DNA of 64,000 bases from a bacterium. Lineage in GTDB: Bacteria > Krumholzibacteriota > Krumholzibacteriia > G020349025. Below the pieces are notes generated by a model. That model had not been told where the DNA came from, searched no databases, and worked only from the letters and a program-made list of their open reading frames with translations. The stretch spans positions 1 through 64,000 of the forward strand of contig JANLSU010000054.1 of the NCBI GenBank assembly GCA_031362565.1, in the 5' to 3' direction. Position 1 is the first letter of the stretch, and every line of letters starts with the position of its first letter. This document shows positions 57,801 through 64,000 of the stretch, piece after piece. A program made the position numbers and the translations under genes.

Positions 57801-59655
57801 ATTGATCGTTGTCCCAGGCAGCCGGTAATACGACGGTAGCCAAACGCCGTTTGGCCGTAGCGTACCGTCGTCCCGCACTGACGAGATTGCCGATTTGCGT
57901 TCGCTCTTCTTGCCAAACACGCTGACCCAAGGCGATCGCATCGAGCGCCGGCGCACGCACGCACGCGTCGCCGAACCGCACCAGCCGCCGCGCGCCATCC
58001 ACCGTCGTCCAAGTCGCGTTCAGCCGGCGCGCGATGCCCTGCCCGGTTTCGACGCAATTTCCCAGATCGGCGGCGATACGGCCCGCCGCCTGAACGAGGC
58101 GCGTTGCATCCGCCGGCAAGCTCACTGGGGCGCGCGTTCCGCGCCAGGAATGTTCGCTGAATGGACCCATCGCGCCGGCATGTGCTGCCAGGCGCTCCAA
58201 GCGCCGCGCCCGCTCCTCGATCTCGAACGCACTCCAATCGGTCGCCTGCGGCATCTTGAAGTCCGGTGCGCTGGGCGCGGCGTCGCCGAGGCGTCCCAGT
58301 TTCGCGAAGGCCTGGAATGGCGTGATTCCGGAAGGCTCGAGTGGCGTATGCATCCGCCCCGCGTGCGCATTGAGCAGGTCACGCGCCGCCCGCAACTGCT
58401 GCTCCGGAATCGCCGTCTCCGGCGCGGCGCGAACTCCGGCCTCGAAGGTTTCCTGCAGGTCCTGCAGCACGGCCTTCTTGTTGGCCTTGTGGCTGTGCAG
58501 TTCCAGGCTCAGATGCCCAAGACCAATGCGATTCAAATTCTCGCGCACGACGTTGAGGGCGGCCATTTTCTCGGCGACGAAGAGCACGCGCCGGCCCTCG
58601 CGCACGGCAATCGCGATGAGATTCGTGATCGTCTGCGACTTGCCCGTCCCGGGAGGCCCTTGAATGACCAGATTCCGCCCCGCAAGCACTTCCTGGATCG
58701 CGACCATTTGGGAACTGTCAGCGTCCACGACGTGCCCGGCGGTCGCGACATCGATGACCGGATCCACGGCCGCATCGTCCGGAACGAACGGCTCAGCGGC
58801 GACGCCGAATCCATCCTCGAGCAAGCCTTTGATCAGGATATGGCGCCGAATCGAGTTCGCTTCGGGCCAGCGCTCCGGCTTCAAGTCCAGGAACATCATC
58901 AGCTTGGCGAACGAAAAAAGACCGAGGACGGCGACATCCGACCGCACTTCCCAGCGTTGCTTTCCGTCAATGGCGCGGGCGACGCTGGCGGCATAGGCCT
59001 GCGGCGAGAGTTCTTCCACATCCGGCAACGCCGGCAGCACGAGCCCGTCTTCCTTCAAGCGCTCGAGCAGCGACAGATTCGTGGCGATTTCGCCCCCGGA
59101 ATACTCGAGCTGAAATTCCCCGCTGCTCGCAACCCGGCGCAGGGTCGCCGGAAGCAGCAAGAGCGGCGCGTGGCGTGGCTTTTCGAGATCCTTGGAGTCG
59201 AACCATTGTAGAAAGCCGAGCGCCAGGTACAAGACGCTCACGCCGCGTTCGTCTTCGAACTCCTGCGCGTCGCGGGCAATCGACCGCAGCCGCCGGTGCA
59301 GCTTCGAAGCGGCGAGCGAAGTTTGGAAGTTGAACTGCGGATCGCGTCCGCCGCGGTACTCAGGCGCACCGGGCTCTTCCAGGTCTTCTGGTTGCAGATC
59401 GTGCGGCTGGTCAGCCGACCCGCGCACGCCCAAGAAGCGCGCCGCTTTGCCATCTCGAACAAGAATCCGAAACAAATCTTCCGAAGTGCGGCCGACGACT
59501 TCGAGAATATTGGCCCGGGCACTGCCCAGCGGCGCGCTCAGGAGACGCGAGCGCGTCGAGATCTCCAGAAGTTCCTTGCGCGCCAGCTCGAGTTTCCGGT
59601 CGATCCCGTGCTCATCGACCACCCGGGGCGCCTGCGGTCGCAGCGTCGTATCCAT
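54895..59655 (-). CDS. DUF4011 - SF1 helicase - Vsr/very-short-patch-like nuclease - DUF3320 protein (Hhe-type anti-phage candidate)
   Basis: LLEISTRSRLL / LYLALGFLQW / APLLLLP (DUF4011); GPPGTGKSQT, DEASQ, VGDEKQLPP, WHYRS, IQGDERD, RRLNVLISRAR; SDFE..V...VDLAI...IECDG..YH...RD..R; C-terminal EEPIH winged-helix region. Confidence 0.9.
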   Translation of the reverse strand: MDTTLRPQAPRVVDEHGIDRKLELARKELLEISTRSRLLSAPLGSARANILEVVGRTSEDLFRILVRDGKAARFLGVRGSADQPHDLQPEDLEEPGAPEYRGGRDPQFNFQTSLAASKLHRRLRSIARDAQEFEDERGVSVLYLALGFLQWFDSKDLEKPRHAPLLLLPATLRRVASSGEFQLEYSGGEIATNLSLLERLKEDGLVLPALPDVEELSPQAYAASVARAIDGKQRWEVRSDVAVLGLFSFAKLMMFLDLKPERWPEANSIRRHILIKGLLEDGFGVAAEPFVPDDAAVDPVIDVATAGHVVDADSSQMVAIQEVLAGRNLVIQGPPGTGKSQTITNLIAIAVREGRRVLFVAEKMAALNVVRENLNRIGLGHLSLELHSHKANKKAVLQDLQETFEAGVRAAPETAIPEQQLRAARDLLNAHAGRMHTPLEPSGITPFQAFAKLGRLGDAAPSAPDFKMPQATDWSAFEIEERARRLERLAAHAGAMGPFSEHSWRGTRAPVSLPADATRLVQAAGRIAADLGNCVETGQGIARRLNATWTTVDGARRLVRFGDACVRAPALDAIALGQRVWQEERTQIGNLVSAGRRYATAKRRLATVVLPAAWDNDQSALRKVLARDGASWFRRLGGTYRRSVRDLAALCAGAPPQSLADKLELLDSLAVGRMSRDSIRAADALGRTAFGTAWRGDESDWDQLVAIEAWEQATQDAGVPEVWHAWLAAIENLPEFGRETVLFGQNLESVFTALAAYCEQLAFDCSVAFGSPALDAVPVDALLARLQAQAASPAALRAWSDWLVWSHDARAVDLAAPVEQLAAGHVAPAHLADFFRYACHEALVQQALAQFPELQGFDGRAHDHVVDQFKALDRARMALARQETIDQHARNLPQGTAEIGEMGVLMHEWQKKMRHLPLRKLIQQAGHAMQHIKPVWMMSPMSLAQYVEPGALEFDLIVMDEASQVRPVEALGAVARGRQMVVVGDEKQLPPTSFFDRVAGDDGEAAEDEDFQVTDVESILGLSLAQGIPARMLRWHYRSQHESLIAVSNLEFYKKLFIVPSATSEDLGLRLHRIAGVYDRGHSATNRIEAQAVVRAAIEHAEQYQRSARFPAGMSLGVGTFSVAQRDAILDELEVALRGRADLEEFFDPDADEPFFVKNLESIQGDERDVILISVGYGHDAQGSFTMNFGPLSASGGERRLNVLISRARRRCEVFTSIGAEDIDLERSDAVGVRVLKTFLHYAATGILDRSEIAAKAPDSDFELDVGGALARLGYDVRYQVGVAGFYVDLAIGDPQRPGVYTLGIECDGAAYHRSRSARDRDRLREQVLRDRAWRIHRIWSTDWFHRREAELGRVVAAIEAARAAVALPVAAPPQADATESVDVEPRSRGGSGAATERLTHDRIPVLAYVEADFHEPHGVEPHEVPLQRRVAILVRIIEVEEPIHEDEIARRYAMVCGRERAGSRIQAATQNGLARALRDGAVVARGSFYMRREQPEYPLRDRSATVSLTLRMPDMIAPMELQWGLRRVVADQVGVEPEAAITEVARMLGFQRTGQDVRRVIEAEIEQMVQQGALVQRNGGRLFIP

Positions 59656-59676
59656 AGGAAGGGCAGAATATCACAC

Positions 59677-60417
59677 TCAACCGCGGTCGTCGTACCAGTA
59701 CTGCCGCACTGCGGCGCCGCGGGCTTGCGGCCGGCGCACCACGGCCGCCGCCACGGGCGCTATCTTGGTCAACCAGTGCCAGTCGCCGTAGCGGTCGAAC
59801 TTGCGGGTCGAGAACACCGCCTTCGCGGCGCGCAAACGGGCGAGCCGCTGCCGGCGCGACCGGCCCAGGCGTTTCAAGCGCAGCAGAAAATCGACATCCT
59901 CGGCGCAGGAGCGCCGTTCATCGTAGCCGCCAATATCGAAGAAGGCTTGCCGGCGGCAAAAGGTCACACCCGCGTCGACCCTCGAGAGAGTCGCGAACGA
60001 CTCCAGCAGCCCGTAAACCATCGCGATGCCGGCGGACCACCGCTCCGGCACGATTCCGGTCGCGCCGCCGATGATCGATGGATCGGCGAGTGCCGCATCG
60101 ATCGCGTTGAACGTGTCGGGATGAACCTGCATGTCGGCGTCCACGAATGCCAGGATGGAGCCGGTCGCAGCCGCCGCACCGCCATTACGTACGGCGGCGA
60201 TCAAGCGCGGCGCAACCGGCACCACGCGGCAGCCGCGCGCCGCCGCGATCTCCGCAGTGCGATCGGTTGACGCATTGTCGGCGACGATCATTTCGACGGC
60301 ATCGCGCTCCGCGGCATACCTTGCCCGCGCGACGTCGATCGTATCGAGCAACCGCGGCAGCAGCAGCGCTTCGTTGTAGGCCGGAACAATGACACTCAGC
60401 CGCACCGAGGATTGCAT
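59677..60417 (-). CDS. Glycosyltransferase family 2
   Basis: SVIVPAYNE, ADNASTD, RNGGA, FVDAD, GGYDE, AEDVD, STRKF; ATG 60417 after GGGGAG. Confidence 0.93.
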   Translation of the reverse strand: MQSSVRLSVIVPAYNEALLLPRLLDTIDVARARYAAERDAVEMIVADNASTDRTAEIAAARGCRVVPVAPRLIAAVRNGGAAAATGSILAFVDADMQVHPDTFNAIDAALADPSIIGGATGIVPERWSAGIAMVYGLLESFATLSRVDAGVTFCRRQAFFDIGGYDERRSCAEDVDFLLRLKRLGRSRRQRLARLRAAKAVFSTRKFDRYGDWHWLTKIAPVAAAVVRRPQARGAAVRQYWYDDRG

Positions 60418-60527
60418 GACGACTCCCCACTTCGCACCCTTGCCCGCACGGCCAGTGTACATGACTCGCCGGCGCGACCCTGTGCTACCCTCCTGCGTCC
60501 CACGAACCAAGGATCCGGAGGCTTGCG

Positions 60528-63488
60528 ATGCGTGTCCGAGTTTGTGCCGCCCTGCTGGTCTTGCTGGCTGCGCCGTGTGTTTTCGCACAGGACACCCCGG
60601 CGCCTCGGCCGTCGCCGCTTCCGAATCTCGACTACCCGGACATGTTCTTCCCCGGTGCAACGTACGATGCGCAGGTGCCGACGCCGTCGTCGGTGCTGGG
60701 TTTCGCGGTCGGCTCGAAGCCTGCGAACCACGCGCAGATCGAAGCGGTCATCAAGGCCATCGCCGGTGCGAGCCCGCGCTGCAAGCTCTTCGAGTATGGC
60801 AAGACGCACGAGGGCCGCACGCTGTATGCATTGGCCATCGCCTCCGAAGCCAACATCGCCAGACTCGAGGCGCTGAAGGCCGATTGGGCCAAGCTGGCCG
60901 ACCCGCGCATCGCCTCCAAAGGCGAGACCGACCGCCTGGCGGCGACCCTGCCGGCCATGGCCTGGATGGCCTACTGCATTCATGGCGACGAGATGTCCGG
61001 CTCCGACGCATCGCTTGCCGTCGCGCATCACCTGGCGGCCTCGAACGATGCAGATGTCCGGACGTTGCTCGAGAACATCGTCGTCGTCATCGATCCACTC
61101 ATGAACCCGGATGGGCGCGACCGCTATCTCTCGATGCTGGCGCAGAACCGCACCGTGCAGCCGAGCGTCGACGACCAGTCGCTTTTGCACAACGGTTTCT
61201 GGCCTTCGGGCCGCATGAATCATTATCTCTTCGACATGAACCGCGATTGGATCTTCGCGACGCAGCCGGAGACGCGCGGCCGCATCCTGACGATCAATAC
61301 TTGGAATCCACAGTATTTCATGGAGAGCCACGAGATGGGCTCGCAGGATACGTTTCTCTTCATGCCGGGGCGCGAGGCACTGAATCCCAACTTGCCGGAG
61401 AACGTGCGCAAGTGGGAAGGCAAGTTTGCGGAAGATCAGGCGGCGGCTTTCGACGCGCGTGGGTGGCGTTACTACACGGGCGAATGGAACGATAATTGGT
61501 ACCCGGGGTACTCGTCGTCTTGGGCGGCGCTGCGCGGCACGGTCGAAAATCTCTACGAGCAGGCTGGGATCAGCACGGACGCTGTCCGGCGACCCGAAGG
61601 CACGCTGCACACGTATCGCGAAGCAGTGCACAAGCAACTTGTGAGCACGATGGCCAATCTCACTTTTCTCGGCAAGAATCGCCAGGAAGTCCTGGCGGAC
61701 TTCGTGGCCGAGAAGCGCAAGTGCGTCGGCCCCGGCGCCACGATTCCGGCTCGCACCTACGCCATCAGCGCCTCGGGCAACAAAACGCGCCTGCGGCGCT
61801 TTCAAGACCTCATGTCCGTCGAAGGCTTCGATGTGCGCATCGCCGGCAAAGCATTCAAGGCATCGGGGACGGATCGCTTGGGACGCGAGGTGCGCGATCA
61901 CGACTTCCCGGCCGGCACGCTGCTCGTGCCGGCCCGCCAGCCGCTCGCGCGCTTGCTACAAGCCATGCTCGAATTCGATCCGCGCATGCCGCCGCAGTTC
62001 CTGACCGACGAACGGCGCGACTTGTTGCGCTTCGGACGCTCGCGCATCTATGACACGACGGGGTGGAGCGTGCCGATGCTCTTCGACGTCGATGCGTTCG
62101 AACTGGCGGGCGAGCCGCCGGCCGCGGCCGACGCCGAGCCCGCGGCGGCCACCGCTGACACGGGGACTCCCCTGCCGCCGGCGGTCACCAACACCGAGAC
62201 AACCGTCGCCTTCGTCATCGACGGTGCCGACGATGCCAGCATCGCCGCCGCGGGCCGTTTGATGGAACGCGGCGTGTGGGTGCGGGTCGCCGACAAGCCG
62301 TTTCAATTCGACGGTCAGGACTTCCCGCATGGCAGCCTGCTCGTAACCCGCAAGGACAACACAAACTTCCCGGGCGACCTGGCGGCCACGGTGCGGCAAG
62401 TGTGCGAAGAGTTGCAGACGACAGCCACCGGCGTCCGCACCGGCTGGGGGCCCGGCGACCTCCCCGACTTGGGCGGCGAACACTTCATTCTCCTGCATGC
62501 GCCGCGCATTGCAATTCTCGGGCGCGAACCGATTCGTCCGTACGGGTACGGCGAAGCGTGGTACCTCATCGATCATGTGCTCGGACTGCGCGCCTCTTAC
62601 ATCGACGCACACGATCTCGCACGCGCCGACTTGCGCCGCTACAACGTGCTCGTGATCCCGGAAGGCGGCAGTTCGGTCGTCAAAGACAACATGGAATTAC
62701 TCAAGACCTGGACGACATCCGGCGGCACACTCGTCGCCGTCGGCTCCTCGGCCGGGGCGATTGCGAAAGAGAAGGACGGCATCGGCGGCACGCGCCAACT
62801 CGGCGATGTGCTCGGCAAGATGGACGACTATCGCCAAGCGATCGTGCGCGAATGGGAAGGCCGCCGCGCCACCCCCGATCCCACTCAAGTGTGGTCGTTC
62901 TTGCCGCCGGCAGAAGTCGTCTATCCGTGGCTCATCGGTCCCGGCGGCGACAAACCGAACGACGACGAGTTGAAGCGCCAAGATGCATGGCGGGACATCT
63001 TCATGCCGCAGGGCACTCTGCTGGCGGGACGTGTCGACGATCGCAGTTGGCTGACAGGCGGCTTGGGCGACTACGTGCCGGTTCTCTACGCGAGTGACAC
63101 GGTGCTCATGGCGCCGCCGGCAGTCCAAGTGCCGGTGCGGCTTGGCGTATTCAGTTCGGCGTCGGCGCGGTCGGAACCGGCAAAGGCCGATCCCGGAAAG
63201 ACCAAAAACGCCAAGAGCGACGAAAAAGACAAACCGGCGCCCGGCTGGAGCATCGCGCCACCCGGCTACGAAATGCGCCTGCGCATGAGCGGCCTGCTGT
63301 GGCCGGAAGCCGCGAACCGGCTGGCGAATGCCGCGTACGTGACGCGCGAATCGGTTGGTTCGGGGCAGATTATTCTGTTTGCGAGTGATCCGACGTTTCG
63401 GGCGGCAGCGCTCGGCACGATGCGGATTTTCGCCAACGCCGTCGTCTGCGGGCCGGGCATGGGCGCGTCACAGCCGATCGAACCCTAG
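60528..63488 (+). CDS. Secreted M14-family zinc carboxypeptidase-like protein with C-terminal GATase-like region
   Basis: Signal peptide; YGKTHEGR, IHGDE, NPDG, DMNRD, ESHEM; late LVIPEG...GGTLVAVG. Confidence 0.9.
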   Translation: MRVRVCAALLVLLAAPCVFAQDTPAPRPSPLPNLDYPDMFFPGATYDAQVPTPSSVLGFAVGSKPANHAQIEAVIKAIAGASPRCKLFEYGKTHEGRTLYALAIASEANIARLEALKADWAKLADPRIASKGETDRLAATLPAMAWMAYCIHGDEMSGSDASLAVAHHLAASNDADVRTLLENIVVVIDPLMNPDGRDRYLSMLAQNRTVQPSVDDQSLLHNGFWPSGRMNHYLFDMNRDWIFATQPETRGRILTINTWNPQYFMESHEMGSQDTFLFMPGREALNPNLPENVRKWEGKFAEDQAAAFDARGWRYYTGEWNDNWYPGYSSSWAALRGTVENLYEQAGISTDAVRRPEGTLHTYREAVHKQLVSTMANLTFLGKNRQEVLADFVAEKRKCVGPGATIPARTYAISASGNKTRLRRFQDLMSVEGFDVRIAGKAFKASGTDRLGREVRDHDFPAGTLLVPARQPLARLLQAMLEFDPRMPPQFLTDERRDLLRFGRSRIYDTTGWSVPMLFDVDAFELAGEPPAAADAEPAAATADTGTPLPPAVTNTETTVAFVIDGADDASIAAAGRLMERGVWVRVADKPFQFDGQDFPHGSLLVTRKDNTNFPGDLAATVRQVCEELQTTATGVRTGWGPGDLPDLGGEHFILLHAPRIAILGREPIRPYGYGEAWYLIDHVLGLRASYIDAHDLARADLRRYNVLVIPEGGSSVVKDNMELLKTWTTSGGTLVAVGSSAGAIAKEKDGIGGTRQLGDVLGKMDDYRQAIVREWEGRRATPDPTQVWSFLPPAEVVYPWLIGPGGDKPNDDELKRQDAWRDIFMPQGTLLAGRVDDRSWLTGGLGDYVPVLYASDTVLMAPPAVQVPVRLGVFSSASARSEPAKADPGKTKNAKSDEKDKPAPGWSIAPPGYEMRLRMSGLLWPEAANRLANAAYVTRESVGSGQIILFASDPTFRAAALGTMRIFANAVVCGPGMGASQPIEP

Positions 63489-64000
63489 ACAGCCGGCACT
63501 GCGCCGGCGCTGCGCCGGCGCAGCACTACGATCGCGAGCCCGAGTGTCACCGCTTGGGGCACGCCGCTCAGCACCGCGAGCAGCCTGGGATCCATCACCC
63601 AGTCGAGCGGCCACATGAAATCCAACGCGAGCCACGTCAGGAGAATCGCGGCCAACGCCTTCGGCGTCGGAAACGACATCGCTCCCAGCAGCACGAGCAG
63701 GATCAGCGGCGGGAATGCCGCGTAGGCCTGGGGCAGAAACGGGCTCCGTAACGTCGCCAGAATCAAAATCGCCAGCCACAGGAGTGGCCGCTCGCCCGGC
63801 GGCGCCGCGCGTCTTCCCACCGCAAAGACCACCGCAGTAGCGATCACCGTGTAAATCCATGCGACGATCTTCGCCGCTGCGAAGTCCATTCCCGGCACCC
63901 CGAAGAGCTTGAGCTTGAAGATGAGCCCGGGCAGCGAATAGTTAATGGCGATCGCCATCGGATTGCGAAACGCCGGAAACGCCTCGCCGCCAACGAGTCC
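63485..64000 (-). CDS. 3' part of a polytopic membrane protein (possibly GT87/DUF2029-like), truncated by the window edge
   Basis: Several TM helices; NYSLPGL and SPFLPQAY segments; frame appears open to the window end; stop overlaps the M14 gene stop. Confidence 0.6.
   Translation of the reverse strand, partial: GLVGGEAFPAFRNPMAIAINYSLPGLIFKLKLFGVPGMDFAAAKIVAWIYTVIATAVVFAVGRRAAPPGERPLLWLAILILATLRSPFLPQAYAAFPPLILLVLLGAMSFPTPKALAAILLTWLALDFMWPLDWVMDPRLLAVLSGVPQAVTLGLAIVVLRRRSAGAVPAV

Overview
A high-GC, gene-dense bacterial chromosomal window. Five proteins ending in a FlgD-Ig/T9SS-like C-terminal domain, plus a W-x-x-V-K-x-L-Y-R tail, suggest an FCB-associated lineage such as Ca. Eisenbacteria, Krumholzibacteriota or Latescibacterota (inference). 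From left to right: (1) clpS, xth, a PilZ-like gene pair, a VOC gene, an HTH gene and a Tat-signal small protein coupled to an amidase (1-6.5 kb). (2) A ~27-kb minus-strand block of secreted proteins: two paralogous multidomain S8 proteases, an EEP hydrolase, a PD40-amidohydrolase, two FG-GAP repeat proteins, PaaI, an HEXXH protein and a LamG protein. (3) An amine/lysine catabolic cluster with 3 ALDHs, a LAT-like aminotransferase fused to a GNAT-like domain, gabT and a saccharopine-dehydrogenase-like gene, behind a sigma54-type promoter. (4) A ~700-bp intergenic region whose minus strand shows a sigma54 promoter, a hairpin plus boxA, ~52-nt degenerate hairpin repeats and A-rich AAnAAnAA-type linkers; this candidate undescribed regulatory RNA is the most novel signal. 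(5) A GH144-like/ABC sugar locus. (6) A small defence patch: TIGR02574-like/ParE toxin-antitoxin pair, a start-less gene remnant and an Hhe-type DUF4011 helicase-nuclease. (7) A GT2, an M14 peptidase and a partial membrane protein. I saw no rRNA, tRNA, CRISPR array, integrase or transposase. All family calls come from motif recognition by eye, not database searches.
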